This document shows positions 49,102 to 59,960 of a DNA stretch of 64,000 nucleotides, one piece after another. The DNA is from a bacterium (lineage in GTDB: Bacteria > SAR324 > NAC60-12). Position 1 is the first letter of the stretch, and each line of letters begins with the position of its first letter. The notes beneath the pieces were generated by a model that saw only the letters and a program-made list of their open reading frames with translations, was not told the DNA's origin and did no database searches. The DNA lies in contig CBDBHR010000030.1 of assembly GCA_965205865.1 (NCBI GenBank), positions 416,001 through 480,000 of the forward strand. Direction: 5' to 3'. Position numbers and translations under genes: made by a program.

Positions 49102-49956
49102 ATGATGAAAATCGGAGTGATTGGAGGCAGTGGACTTTATGACTTACCTGGAATATCAGAGGTCAGAGAAGAATCAATCACCACGCCTTTTGGAAAAACC
49201 TCGGACGTTTTTATTTGTGGCAAGCTCCATAACAGGCCCGTAGTCTTTTTACCCCGCCATGGTATAGGTCACCGTCTGTTACCGACGGAGATTCCGTTTC
49301 GTGCCAACATTTGGGGGATGAAAAAACTGGGAGTTACCCATCTCATTTCTGTCAGTGCGGTGGGAAGTTTAAAAGAGGAAATTGTCCCGGGACACATTGT
49401 TTTTCCCGATCAATTCATTGATCGGACCCGGCATCGGGATTCCACGTTTTTTGGAAATGGTATAGTTGCTCATGTGCAATTGGGGGATCCGGTCTGCCCC
49501 AATTTAAAGGCTCAAATGGTAAAAGCCGCAGGAGAAGTGGGAGCCACCTTTCATCAAGGAGGGACATATGTTTGCATGGAAGGGCCGGCGTTTTCCACAC
49601 GTGCCGAGTCAAATATGTATCGTTCCTGGGGAGCTTCCGTGATTGGCATGACCAACATTCAAGAAGCCAAACTCGCGCGAGAAGCGGAGATGTGTTTTGT
49701 AACCATCGCATTGGCAACCGATTATGACTGCTGGCACCAATCCGAAGAAGAAGTGACCGTTGATCAAATCTTGTCAGTGATGCATGAAAACATAAAAACC
49801 TCTAAAGAAATTCTTTCTCGCACTTTGGAATCATTGCGCAATGAGCGGACCTGCCAATGTGGGACTGCTTTGCAGTACGGGATTGTTACTCAAAAGGAGA
49901 TGATTCCAGAACAAGTAAAAGTCGATCTGAATGTCATCATTGGTAAATATCTATAA
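49102..49956 (+). CDS. mtnP: S-methyl-5'-thioadenosine phosphorylase
   Basis: GGSGLY, PRHG, EGPAFSTRAES and TDYDCW motifs. Confidence 0.95.
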   Translation: MMKIGVIGGSGLYDLPGISEVREESITTPFGKTSDVFICGKLHNRPVVFLPRHGIGHRLLPTEIPFRANIWGMKKLGVTHLISVSAVGSLKEEIVPGHIVFPDQFIDRTRHRDSTFFGNGIVAHVQLGDPVCPNLKAQMVKAAGEVGATFHQGGTYVCMEGPAFSTRAESNMYRSWGASVIGMTNIQEAKLAREAEMCFVTIALATDYDCWHQSEEEVTVDQILSVMHENIKTSKEILSRTLESLRNERTCQCGTALQYGIVTQKEMIPEQVKVDLNVIIGKYL

Positions 49957-50074
49957 AAAATACACGACAGACCTGATCTCGGGTCCCTCGTCAATCATCC
50001 ACATTGTCAAATCCAAACGAGACGATTTGAAGTACATTTTTTTAACCAGGCATTCTACATTGACGAGCAGTTAA

Positions 50075-51043
50075 ATGACTGAAACAAAGGAACGTCCGCT
50101 TACTGGGCTAAAAAAAATAGGCCAGCAACTCAAACTTGCGCGTAAAGAGAAAAATCTATCTCTCGAGAGAGTCGCTGAAATTACGCGTATCAATATTGGC
50201 ATCTTGAAAAACATAGAAGATGGCCAAATGGGAGAACATCCAGGACCTGTATTTGTGAAGGGATTTCTCAAAACTTATGGAGAATTGGTTGGATTGGACG
50301 GTAAGGCGTTGCTGAAGGAACTCCATTCGGTTCCTGAGTTGAATGAATCGATTGTCTTGCATGGCGCCTCCGTTCTTCCAATCGAGAACGAATCTTTTTT
50401 TTGGCAGGAACAAAAATTTTTGTTGCTGTTTTTGATTATCGTTGTCTTGGGCGGAGGTTATTTTCTGTATAATTACTTAAATCAGGATACGAATCAACTT
50501 CCGAACGAATTGCAGACAGACGAATTGCAAACATTGGATTCCCCTGCGCAGGACGATTTACCAGAATCCACGACAGAGCTTGAATTCACTTTCCCACAGG
50601 AAGAGACAAACACGCCACCATCACAAAATACGCCTACACCTGCTTTATCTCCACAAGAAGTCGTACAAATCATGGAAACACAGCCCGTTGTTCCTGCAAA
50701 CTTGCAGACACTCCCTCTTGCTGTTCCTCAGCAGAAATCTCTTGAGGAAGTACTTGAAGAGCCCGTATCTGTGCCTTCTCAGCCAAAGCCACTTGTCTTG
50801 TTGATCAAAGCAACACTCCCTACCTGGATCAATATCAGGACCGACGAAGAACAACCTGTTGATGTTTCAATGCAAGCTGGGGAAGAATATTCACTGGAAG
50901 CAGAAGAGCGCTACATTTTAACTATCGGAAATACCAAAGGTGTGGAATTATTCCTGAACAGACATCCCCAAATCATCGACCTGCAAAATGAATTGCTGGT
51001 GAACTGGACTTTAGATAAATCGGCAATCCCCAACTCTGAATAA
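50075..51043 (+). CDS. rodZ: RodZ-like protein (HTH, TM, DUF4115)
   Basis: N-terminal HTH with FVKGFLKTY; single TM; C-terminal IGN...V.L.LN. Confidence 0.82.
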   Translation: MTETKERPLTGLKKIGQQLKLARKEKNLSLERVAEITRINIGILKNIEDGQMGEHPGPVFVKGFLKTYGELVGLDGKALLKELHSVPELNESIVLHGASVLPIENESFFWQEQKFLLLFLIIVVLGGGYFLYNYLNQDTNQLPNELQTDELQTLDSPAQDDLPESTTELEFTFPQEETNTPPSQNTPTPALSPQEVVQIMETQPVVPANLQTLPLAVPQQKSLEEVLEEPVSVPSQPKPLVLLIKATLPTWINIRTDEEQPVDVSMQAGEEYSLEAEERYILTIGNTKGVELFLNRHPQIIDLQNELLVNWTLDKSAIPNSE

Positions 51044-51100
51044 TGGGATTCCAGCGCCCCATAGTCTTAAATACTCTAACCCGAATGCATCCTCTATTTG

Positions 51101-51370
51101 ATGATAATCTTCGTTAGTTTGATTTTGGCTGTAATTACAATAATGGTCATTGCTTATCCTTTATTTTTTCAAAAAATTACCCGATATCTGTCCGAATCAG
51201 ACTTTTCAACGGATTTTAATGAACAGGACGCTTTGTTGTCCGCACTCTCTGATTTGGAAGAAGAATACCAATTAGGACGATTATCCGAACCAGACTACCA
51301 GCGGCTCAAACTTCATTTTCAAAGACGTTATCTTCACCACAAACAGTCTGGTCCGCCAAAAAAATCATAA
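51101..51370 (+). CDS. Small membrane protein (CcmI N-terminal-like)
   Basis: TM followed by LSDLEEEYQLGRLSEPDY. Confidence 0.6.
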   Translation: MIIFVSLILAVITIMVIAYPLFFQKITRYLSESDFSTDFNEQDALLSALSDLEEEYQLGRLSEPDYQRLKLHFQRRYLHHKQSGPPKKS

Positions 51371-51393
51371 TATGCTCCCGGCAGGTTTGAAAG

Positions 51394-52215
51394 ATGGTTG
51401 CGCGACTTGAAATAACTCCCATTATCATTGGCCATGCTTCCACCGAAAGAAGTGCCTTGGAAGAATCCTATATCATGCAACTGTCTCAGGGACTATTTGC
51501 TTTCACGTCTTTTCGTGGCGTCGGATACAAACATTTGAATGAAGACCGCATCATTATTCTACCTCAAATTCCCCTGTTTTGTGTCATTGACGGACTAGGA
51601 GGTCCTGGAGACGGAGCCAGGGCTGCGGAGATATTTACAGAAGAACTTTCCAAACTCCGGGACCCGAATTCTGAAAGTCTGTCGGAAGTGCAGAAACAAG
51701 TATCGATCCGTATTGAAGATGAATGCCGCACTCCAAATTCCGGTGTTTGTTTTGCACTTTTCTGGATTGCGGAAACCACCTTGAAAGTTTATCACCTTGG
51801 AGACGTGAAGTTTGCATTGTTGAATCATGAAAACCAGATCAAATGGGAATCTCGAGACCACACCCTGCTCAATGCCTGGGTGGATCAAGGTTTTCTTTCT
51901 GCAGAAGAAACCACAAATCATCCTAAACGTCATATCGTCACAAAGGCACTCACTGGCTATGAAACGCCCAACCCCGAAATTCAACAAATTTCTTTTGTTC
52001 CCGGAGATCGAGTGATCGTCGCCAGTGACGGCCTTTGGGACAATTTCATGATAGATGAAATAACTGTCATGCTTGCAGATTCCAATCCCCAAGCGCAGGT
52101 GCGTCAGTTGATGCGGAAAGCTGTAAGGAAAATGCAGCAAAACCATTCTGCAAAATGGGAGGGGCTTTTGGTACCAAAACCAGACAATATTAGCATTTTA
52201 ATTGGAAGTCTATAA
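51394..52215 (+). CDS. PP2C-family phosphatase
   Basis: NED, DGLGG, GD, SDGLWD and DNIS motifs. Confidence 0.88.
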   Translation: MVARLEITPIIIGHASTERSALEESYIMQLSQGLFAFTSFRGVGYKHLNEDRIIILPQIPLFCVIDGLGGPGDGARAAEIFTEELSKLRDPNSESLSEVQKQVSIRIEDECRTPNSGVCFALFWIAETTLKVYHLGDVKFALLNHENQIKWESRDHTLLNAWVDQGFLSAEETTNHPKRHIVTKALTGYETPNPEIQQISFVPGDRVIVASDGLWDNFMIDEITVMLADSNPQAQVRQLMRKAVRKMQQNHSAKWEGLLVPKPDNISILIGSL

Positions 52216-52250
52216 ACACACTCGAAAATTCTCTTCATCTTGCTTTTATG

Positions 52251-52412
52251 AACTGATGTTACGCGTGCGGATTTTACAGTTATGCGTCTCATCGAGTTGT
52301 CATTCCTGGCGAAGACCAGGAATCCAGAAATACAGGGCTGGCGATCCACGGAAATGGGGTCAGAAATAGGGTCAAAATAGAAATAGGGTCAGGCTTGCAT
52401 ATTTGTATTAAG
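52251..52412. repeat. Duplicated left end of the GIY-YIG element followed by a stuttered RAYT-type IR
   Basis: AACTGATGTTACGCG...REP (52299-52325), then AAATGGGGTCAG AAATAGGGTCA AAATAG AAATAGGGTCAGGCTTGC. Confidence 0.85.
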
Positions 52413-53083
52413 AACTGATGTTACGCGCACGGATTTTGCAGTTATGCGTCTCATCGAGTTGTCATTCCTGGCGAAGACCAGGAATCCACAGGGCTGGCGA
52501 TTCAGGTGACTAAAACGTTTCATATAAATCTTTCCATTGAGGATTATTTTTCTCAATGAGTTCGATTTTCCAAGCTCGTTTCCATTTCTTGATCAGGGTG
52601 ACTAAAACGTTTCATATAAATCTTTCCATTGAGGATTATTTTTCTCAATGAGTTCGATTTTCCAAGCTCGTTTCCATTTCTTGAGTTGTTTTTCTCTCCG
52701 GAGAACAGCTGTTACCTCTGAAGCGGTCTCATAGTATACCAATTGACGTACTTGGTATTTACTGGTAAATCCTTCTATGAGATTTTTTTTATGTTCATAA
52801 ACTCTTTTAGGAGGATCATTTGTCACTCCATAATATAGAGTACCATTTCTTTTACTTGCCAAGATATAAACGTAGTAGGTTTTCATGATGGCGACTCCTG
52901 GATTCCTGGTCTTCGCCAGGAATGACACACTTGTGGGGAAGCGTATTCATGGAAACCGCTGAATGCAAAAAATATACGCGTAACCTTCATGAAAACTTAT
53001 GCTTTCACCCCGGAGGATGAAGAAAAATAACAAACCGTATAGTTTCAGTAGGTTAGATAGTTTTCTTCACGGTAACGTCAGTT
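52413..53083 (-). mobile_element. REP-flanked GIY-YIG element with terminal IRs
   Basis: Ends AACTGATGTTAC/GTAACGTCAGTT; flanks ATTAAG/ATTAAA; inverted REPs at 52461-52487 and 52900-52926. Confidence 0.75.
52602..52886 (-). CDS. Small GIY-YIG nuclease (94 aa)
   Basis: YYVYILASKRNGTLYYGVT...R...H...REKQLKKWKRAWK. Confidence 0.9.
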   Translation of the reverse strand: MKTYYVYILASKRNGTLYYGVTNDPPKRVYEHKKNLIEGFTSKYQVRQLVYYETASEVTAVLRREKQLKKWKRAWKIELIEKNNPQWKDLYETF

Positions 53084-53134
53084 ATTAAAAATATCGTCAT
53101 CTTGCTGCAAATTTAGATGCGCATCCGGCATCGT

Positions 53135-53917
53135 TCACTCGTGGTGATAAGATTGCATGCCTTCCGGAGGAAGGAAAACAAGTTCAGGAAGAGGCGTCCT
53201 CCGGGAAGTGACATCGTTCATCACCAGCCGAAGCCTGTCGCCATTTTGTACATCTACAATTTGAATGGTTTTGGGATAGTTATTTCCCGAAAACTCCTCA
53301 TATTGAGCAATCGTGACTTCATATTCTTTGAGCCCCCCCACTACTTTGAACATTTGTTCCATCAGACTGTTGGATCCCAAAGTGACAAAAAAAACAGCAC
53401 TGTCACCGGCTAATTTGAGGTTCCTTGACGACAATAGTTCTCCATTGAGCAGTACGAAATCTTTTTGTGGCATTCGTCCCCAGATTACCCAACTCAACTC
53501 GCTCAACGAAATATCCACTCCCAGCCAGCGTCGACGGACTGGGGAGGTATTCTGGCCTAAAAAATATTTTTCTTCCCGAAAATCCAAGATCATAAATTGA
53601 CGGGGATTGGCTCGAATTTCATACAAGACGGTTCCTATGAGAGGCGTGAATATTTGCAAACGCAGTTCGAGATTGTTTGACAGGCTGAATTCTAACTCTC
53701 CTGTATATCTACGATTCGAAACCGTCAGTAAAATACGTCCTGCAGCCTGGTAACTATCCAGGGTTTTTGGAAGAAGAAATAATTGTGGTCTGGGCACAGG
53801 AGCAGGTGGGGTTGCGCACCCGGATGCCCAGATAGCAGAAAGGATGGATACTATTAATAGTTGAGGGAACCATTTCGTCCGGTTCGGTTTTTTATTTTTG
53901 CGCTCCCTCTTTGTCAT
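53135..53917 (-). CDS. LolB/DUF4292-like lipoprotein
   Basis: Lipobox ASGC; predicted beta-rich pattern. Confidence 0.6.
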   Translation of the reverse strand: MTKRERKNKKPNRTKWFPQLLIVSILSAIWASGCATPPAPVPRPQLFLLPKTLDSYQAAGRILLTVSNRRYTGELEFSLSNNLELRLQIFTPLIGTVLYEIRANPRQFMILDFREEKYFLGQNTSPVRRRWLGVDISLSELSWVIWGRMPQKDFVLLNGELLSSRNLKLAGDSAVFFVTLGSNSLMEQMFKVVGGLKEYEVTIAQYEEFSGNNYPKTIQIVDVQNGDRLRLVMNDVTSRRTPLPELVFLPPEGMQSYHHE

Positions 53918-54410
53918 CTTGCATACAGATAATTTCTGCAACGTAAAAAATAGCGAAGTAAATTCCTGAAATCACGAAAAACGTCACCAAAGTGTTCATT
54001 TCATGCATAATTCTCCCCATTCTCTTCAAATATTCAATGAAACATCAATCTGTCCAACTTGTAAAATGACAGCGTCATTTTTTTTTAGTATTCCAAAATA
54101 AAACAAAACTCTATTATGCAGAATACAATCTGCAATTTCAGTGTCTCTTGATTCCAAATCACAGTCAATCTTTTATCCTCTTTGAATTGACTGGACTTTT
54201 TTTCGTATTCACTATGCAATGGCAACATTCATTTGAATACAAATGAGTTTGGCTCCGTTGAGGAAAAAGTCAAATATCTGCTTCCGAAATAATCCCATTC
54301 GCATTGGATCTCCCCAACTTAAACACGCTTCCTAATAGAATGTGAATCGTGAATAACTGAGCCATCAAACCCACAAATACTTTAATTGCCCTTATATCTA
54401 CGAGAGACCT

Positions 54411-55604
54411 ATGAAGAAGAGACTGAATTCAATTCGTTTTATATTATTCTTTTCGCTGACACTTTGTTGTTTGTCCACAAACATAGCCCTGTCAAACACT
54501 TCGCTGATTTTCAATAGCGATCCTAAGCTTTACAAAGCTGCACTTTTGATGGAGCATAAAACAGGGTTCTTTCTGTACGAGGATCGGATAAGAGAGCCGA
54601 TCATTCCAGCATCCTTAGTGAAAATGATGGTCTCGTTGATTGTGATGGAACATTTGGCTGAAGGACGAATCAGCCCGGACGACAAAGTGACGGTTTCACG
54701 ATGGGCCAGTAAAATCGGGGGACACCAGGTTTATTTGAAGGAAAATGAAGTTTTTGATTTATACGAGTTAATGAAAGCGCTCGTTATTGGTTCCGCCAAT
54801 GATGCGGCTGTTGCGGTAGCAGAATTTATTGGAGGGGACCAGGACTTTTTTGTCGGAATGATGAATGAACGTGCAGCAGAATTGCAAATGAAAGACACTA
54901 TTTATTACAATCCCCATGGACTTCCTCCTGGAAAAGGACAAAAGGAGAATATCACAACCGCTTATGACCAGGCACTATTGGCTCGCGAGTTATTGAAATA
55001 CCCCCAATATCTGAAATTGTCTTCCACCATCCTGGATTCATTTCGCAATGGGACATTTGAACTGATGAATACGAATAGGACTTTGCTCAAACAAATGCCT
55101 GAGCTTGATGGTATGAAAACGGGTTATTACCGGAAAGCAGGTTTCAGTGTGGTCGCCACGGCAAAAAAAAAGAATACTCGTTTGATTGCGTTGGTGATTG
55201 GCGCGCAAAATAAATCAGATCGCACTCGCATCACAGCAAGTTTGCTGAAAAAAGGTTTCAGTCAGTTTGGGTTGGTCAAAGTGCTGGAAAAAGGAAGCAG
55301 GTTGGGAAAGCCGGTCCCGGTCAAAAATGGTTTGCATGAAACCGTGGATCTGTTGGTAGAAGAAGATATTGAATTGTTGCTAAGCCATTCGGATGCCAGG
55401 CAAATAGAGCATCATTTCTCGATTCCTTCCTTTCTCACCGCTCCGGTTCAAGCAGGAACCGTAGTAGGCACGGTTGAGTTGAAAGCCAACCATCGTTCTT
55501 TCAAGAAAGTGAATTTGCTATCGGCAAAGACCATTCCCGCCAAATCACTTTGGGAGAAAATACAGGATTTCTTCAAATTGTGGGAGAAGGTCTTGCCGCG
55601 TTGA
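54411..55604 (+). CDS. dacA: D-Ala-D-Ala carboxypeptidase (PBP5/6)
   Basis: SLVK, SAN and KTG motifs. Confidence 0.92.
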   Translation: MKKRLNSIRFILFFSLTLCCLSTNIALSNTSLIFNSDPKLYKAALLMEHKTGFFLYEDRIREPIIPASLVKMMVSLIVMEHLAEGRISPDDKVTVSRWASKIGGHQVYLKENEVFDLYELMKALVIGSANDAAVAVAEFIGGDQDFFVGMMNERAAELQMKDTIYYNPHGLPPGKGQKENITTAYDQALLARELLKYPQYLKLSSTILDSFRNGTFELMNTNRTLLKQMPELDGMKTGYYRKAGFSVVATAKKKNTRLIALVIGAQNKSDRTRITASLLKKGFSQFGLVKVLEKGSRLGKPVPVKNGLHETVDLLVEEDIELLLSHSDARQIEHHFSIPSFLTAPVQAGTVVGTVELKANHRSFKKVNLLSAKTIPAKSLWEKIQDFFKLWEKVLPR

Positions 55605-56382
55605 TGCGGTTTCTCAATTGTTCCGCTGCCTTCTCAGCGCTATCGGCAAAATCTTCTCCTGAATCCACATAGAGAATGCTGCGGGACGCATTGATCAGAT
55701 AGGGATAAGTTGTGCCATCTTCTGCTGCGGTGACAGTCTTTTTCAAATCCCCTCCCTGCGCGCCAATTCCGGGAATCAAAAAAGGCATGGGGCCGGAAGT
55801 TTGCCTGACGGCGTGAAAGAGATCGGCTTGGGTCGCCCCCACGACCAGTCCGCAGTTTTTCCTGGTGTTCCAGCGTTTCACATTTTCCGCAACACGCAAA
55901 TAGAGTTGCTCTGGAATTTGAAAATCATGGGCACTCGGGTTAGATGTCAGGCAAAGGACAAATGTCCCTTTCTCTTCATAGTCCAGAAATGGCGCCAGCG
56001 CATCATGCCCTTGATAAGGATTTGCAGTCACGGCGTCACAACCATAAACCTCAAACACCGCTTTGGCATACATTTGGTCGGAGTACCCGATATCGCCCCG
56101 TTTGGCATCACCAATCACAACAATATCAGAGGGAATTGCCTCGACAACTTGCAAGAGGATTTCCATCCCTTGGGGTCCCAGTGCTTCAAAAAAGGCAAAA
56201 TTAGGCTTATAAGCTGCCACCCATTTTTTGGTGGCAGCAATGATTTGCAAGCAGAACGACAAAATGGGATCTCTTTCATAACGTAGAAAAGCAGGAATGT
56301 TTTCCCAAACTGGGTCGAGACCTACGCAGAGCAGACTATTTCGCTGTTCGATACTCTGTTTCACTTTGGAATAAAATCGCAT
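55573..56382 (-). CDS. pyrF: Orotidine-5'-phosphate decarboxylase
   Basis: LCVGLDP, DAKRGDIG and PGIGAQGG motifs. Confidence 0.95.
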   Translation of the reverse strand: MRFYSKVKQSIEQRNSLLCVGLDPVWENIPAFLRYERDPILSFCLQIIAATKKWVAAYKPNFAFFEALGPQGMEILLQVVEAIPSDIVVIGDAKRGDIGYSDQMYAKAVFEVYGCDAVTANPYQGHDALAPFLDYEEKGTFVLCLTSNPSAHDFQIPEQLYLRVAENVKRWNTRKNCGLVVGATQADLFHAVRQTSGPMPFLIPGIGAQGGDLKKTVTAAEDGTTYPYLINASRSILYVDSGEDFADSAEKAAEQLRNRINAARPSPTI

Positions 56383-58269
56383 TTATCTTCTAGTTTTGGT
56401 GCCGGTCCGACGTCTGTAGGAAACTATCCCCACAAGGGCTACAATTGCTGGTACAAACAACATATTCATGCCCAGCAGCCAATTTCCGAGCGTCTCAATA
56501 TCCTGGCGTAGAATTTTTCGCACTTCCCGCAATCGCTTGCGTGTCTCGATTTCCTCCGTACGAAATCTCTTGATTTCTCCCTGTTGTTCTTTTGTGAGGA
56601 GACGTTTTTGGTTGGGATCTTTATGTTCCTCCAATTCGGCCAGTTTCTCCTGAACTGCTCTGAGGGTTTGCTGGAGGCCGATTTCTTCTTCTTGAAAACG
56701 CATCTGCGCTTGATTTTCAAGCTCCATCACTTTGGTGAAAGGACGAGCGAAACGCCCTCGGGAGCGGATACTCATCAACTCGTCATCACCGGTAAAAAAT
56801 TCAACTGCATTGATCATAAAATTTAAATTGTCATTGAGCAAATTGACAACGACTTGGCCCATAAAATTCATTTTCTGTACGGAAAACGTGTCGCTGGCGA
56901 AATCCACGTCGGCGATCACTAAAATCGTTCGGGGATCTATTGCTTCCTGCAAGTGCGCATGTTTCAGTGGAGGCAATTTTTTTTCTTGCGCTTGTTCCCC
57001 TGCTTCTGTCGAAGAAGGAGGTTGTCCCTCAGGAAAAGCCGTTTTGAACTTATCCCGCAGGAAGGCTGCCAATACCTTTTGAGTCTGATCAGTTTTAAGG
57101 ATTCGGGCAACTTGGTCCGGTGGCGTAAATTGAATCATCAGAGATTCCAGGATCCCGCTTTGTGAAGAGCTCTGAAGTAGGGGGCTGAATTCTACGGTAC
57201 TCTCCTCAACTTTACTCAGAAATCCTGAATCTGCAAAGAGGAGACTTTCCAGTTGGCTGGTAATTGGATGATCCGCATCCATGGCAGCAGGAGGCAGACT
57301 CATCCACAACGGGTAGCGCACTATGTTTCCCCGACCCGTGTTGATCGAGGTGGCATAACGAGAATCACCCACAAGCTTGCCTGAGTCATATTCCACTCCC
57401 CAATTCTTCAACAGCCGGGGGACATCGCTTTTTACGTCCGGCATCCTTCCCATTTGGGCCGTTCTCGCTCTGGCTTCATGATTGGAATTGGGATCTACCA
57501 GAACGATCAAATGTCCTCCACGGAGCACATATTGATCTACGGCATATTGAATTCGTTCATTCAATTCTTTGGGATGTATCAGCAACAAAAGCGGGATGTC
57601 ATCTGAAATTTCTTCTGTCTCTGCTGGCAGAATCCGCAAATCAAAACTTTTTTGCAGTTCCGAATGCAGCGCCCATTCTTCGGCAGGCGTGGCTCCTCTA
57701 CGAGACAGATTTCCTTTAAGATCCAGAGAAGTCAATATGCCAATTTCAGGGGGTCGTACTTGATTGAGTCCCATCAATGCCTGGGAAACGTCATATTCTA
57801 AAAACTTCTCACGACGAGGATCAAAAAACGGAATGGCCACTTCCTGGTCCAGCAGCAATGCGACCATTCCCATGTAAAAATTTTCACCATTTGGTAAACC
57901 AAAAGAGGCAATCCCGTATTTTTGCGCCCATTCTTCTTCTTCGCTGTCGATTTTGGGATCAAACACTTCCAATTTGATATTCCCTTTCGCTAAAATTTCA
58001 TATTCTCTCAGCACTTCTTCCACTCGCTGGGCATAAGCCTTGAAATCTGGCGGTAACCCGGATTTGTCTTTGGAAAAATAAAATTTAATCGTCACCGGAT
58101 CTTCGAATTCCCGCAAAATCTTTTTTGTTCCCTCAGAAATCGTATAGAGCCTCTCATCGGTGACATCAATACGCAAAGGAAGGAAACTGCCAAGCGCATT
58201 GATCCCGATCAAGCAAACCAGCAGTAGAATGACACTGAGAGTGGAATACGACCATCGGTGTTGTTTCAT
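56383..58269 (-). CDS. GldG-like ABC auxiliary component
   Basis: DVTDERLYTIS, DQYVLRGG and LMSIRSR motifs. Confidence 0.85.
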   Translation of the reverse strand: MKQHRWSYSTLSVILLLVCLIGINALGSFLPLRIDVTDERLYTISEGTKKILREFEDPVTIKFYFSKDKSGLPPDFKAYAQRVEEVLREYEILAKGNIKLEVFDPKIDSEEEEWAQKYGIASFGLPNGENFYMGMVALLLDQEVAIPFFDPRREKFLEYDVSQALMGLNQVRPPEIGILTSLDLKGNLSRRGATPAEEWALHSELQKSFDLRILPAETEEISDDIPLLLLIHPKELNERIQYAVDQYVLRGGHLIVLVDPNSNHEARARTAQMGRMPDVKSDVPRLLKNWGVEYDSGKLVGDSRYATSINTGRGNIVRYPLWMSLPPAAMDADHPITSQLESLLFADSGFLSKVEESTVEFSPLLQSSSQSGILESLMIQFTPPDQVARILKTDQTQKVLAAFLRDKFKTAFPEGQPPSSTEAGEQAQEKKLPPLKHAHLQEAIDPRTILVIADVDFASDTFSVQKMNFMGQVVVNLLNDNLNFMINAVEFFTGDDELMSIRSRGRFARPFTKVMELENQAQMRFQEEEIGLQQTLRAVQEKLAELEEHKDPNQKRLLTKEQQGEIKRFRTEEIETRKRLREVRKILRQDIETLGNWLLGMNMLFVPAIVALVGIVSYRRRTGTKTRR

Positions 58270-58282
58270 GGCAATCTTCAAT

Positions 58283-59017
58283 TTAAAGCGCTTTATGAGA
58301 ATCCAGAATCACGACATTGAGCAGGAGCATGAAAGCCATCACGGAAATGAAATAAAGGAGGTCTCGCAAATCAACCACTCCGCGGCGCAAAGCATTAAAA
58401 TGAGTAGTGAAACTAAATTGAGAAACCAAGTCGGAAATCCGGACGGGCAATAAGGAATGGAGGATGTTGTTCAGCACCCCCCAACCCAAAAGGAGCAGTA
58501 CAAGGCAGATGACCACGCTGATGATAAAACTAATCACCTGGTTTTTGGTAAGAGCAGATGCGCAACCAGCAATCGCCAAATAGGCTCCGGCCATCAATAG
58601 GCTGCCTAGATAACCTGCTATAATCGGACCGTTATCCGGCTCCCCTAAATAATGAACGGTAATAATCATCGGAAAGGTAAGAAGCAAGGCGATGGCTATG
58701 AAGCCCCAGGCAGCCAAAAACTTGGAAACCACAGCAGTGAATGTGGTCACGGGAAAAGTCAATAGCAACTCCACGGTCCCTGCTCGCCGCTCTTCTGCCC
58801 AAAGGCGCATTCCAACTGCAGGAATCAGGATTAAGTACAACCAGGGATGAAACAAGAAAAAAACCTCTAAACTCGCTTGATTGGTTTGATAAAAATTACC
58901 CAAGAGGAAAGTACAACCGGCATTTGCGCTTAAAAAAATGATGATAAACACATAGGCGATGGGGGAACGGAAATATGCCCAAAATTCTCGTTTAAAAATA
59001 GGTACCAGTCCTTTCAT
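58283..59017 (-). CDS. GldF-like ABC permease
   Basis: FRSPIAY, MRLWAEERRAGTVELLLT and TKNQVI motifs. Confidence 0.88.
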   Translation of the reverse strand: MKGLVPIFKREFWAYFRSPIAYVFIIIFLSANAGCTFLLGNFYQTNQASLEVFFLFHPWLYLILIPAVGMRLWAEERRAGTVELLLTFPVTTFTAVVSKFLAAWGFIAIALLLTFPMIITVHYLGEPDNGPIIAGYLGSLLMAGAYLAIAGCASALTKNQVISFIISVVICLVLLLLGWGVLNNILHSLLPVRISDLVSQFSFTTHFNALRRGVVDLRDLLYFISVMAFMLLLNVVILDSHKAL

Positions 59018-59024
59018 ACGCTCC

Positions 59025-59960
59025 TTATCCTTCCAATGTCACCTTACGAAACACTTCATCCAGACGTCCTTTTTCGGAGTATAACTGCTCCACTTGAAGT
59101 TGCTGCTCCTGTATAAATTTTTCCACTTCTCCCAAAATGGTTTGACCCTTTTGGGGAAACAATTGAAAGGAAGTTTTTCCGTTTTCAGTTTTCAAGATTT
59201 GAGCGGATTGGATGCCGGCTATATTTTCCAATCGAGAAATCAGCCCTTCCTGTGCTTCATCCCGAACCGTCAGTAAAATTGCATTATGGTAAATAGAACG
59301 GGCCAGCAATTCTTCGGGAGTGCCATCAACCACAATTTTTCCTTGCGCAATGATGATGGCCCGAGTGCAAATTGCTTCCACTTCTTCCAGAATATGCGTA
59401 GAAATCAAGATTGTTCGATTTTCGCTAATGCGATTGATCAGTATGCGCACTTCGTGTTTTTGATTGGGATCGAGTCCGTCTGTGGGCTCATCCAAAATCA
59501 ACACGGGAGGGTCATGAAGAAGCGATTGAGCCAGACACGTCCGCTGGCGATACCCTTTTGAAAGTGTATCGATCGTTTGCTGTCGAACTTCTTGCAACGA
59601 AGTTTCATCAAGCGCCCGCTCCACTCGTTTTTTCAGATCTCCACCGTTGAAACCCCGTACTTCTCCTGAAAATAACAGGAACTCTTCGACTCGCATTTCA
59701 TGATAGGATGGAGCGCTTTCAGGCAGATAGCCGATTTTTTCTCGAACTTGAAACGAATTTTTAAGGATATCATGCCCACAGACGCTGGCGGTTCCGGACG
59801 TTGGCGGAATGAAGCAGGTGATCATTTTCATCGTTGTGGATTTCCCGGCGCCATTGGGACCCAGAAATCCTAAAATTTCTCCCGTATTCACTGCAAAGGA
59901 AATGTTATCGACTGCCCGGATTTTTCCGAATACTTTACAAAGTTGTTCAACTCGAATCAT
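59025..59960 (-). CDS. GldA-like ABC ATPase
   Basis: GPNGAGKST, LSKGYRQR and LDEPTDGLD motifs. Confidence 0.93.
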   Translation of the reverse strand: MIRVEQLCKVFGKIRAVDNISFAVNTGEILGFLGPNGAGKSTTMKMITCFIPPTSGTASVCGHDILKNSFQVREKIGYLPESAPSYHEMRVEEFLLFSGEVRGFNGGDLKKRVERALDETSLQEVRQQTIDTLSKGYRQRTCLAQSLLHDPPVLILDEPTDGLDPNQKHEVRILINRISENRTILISTHILEEVEAICTRAIIIAQGKIVVDGTPEELLARSIYHNAILLTVRDEAQEGLISRLENIAGIQSAQILKTENGKTSFQLFPQKGQTILGEVEKFIQEQQLQVEQLYSEKGRLDEVFRKVTLEG

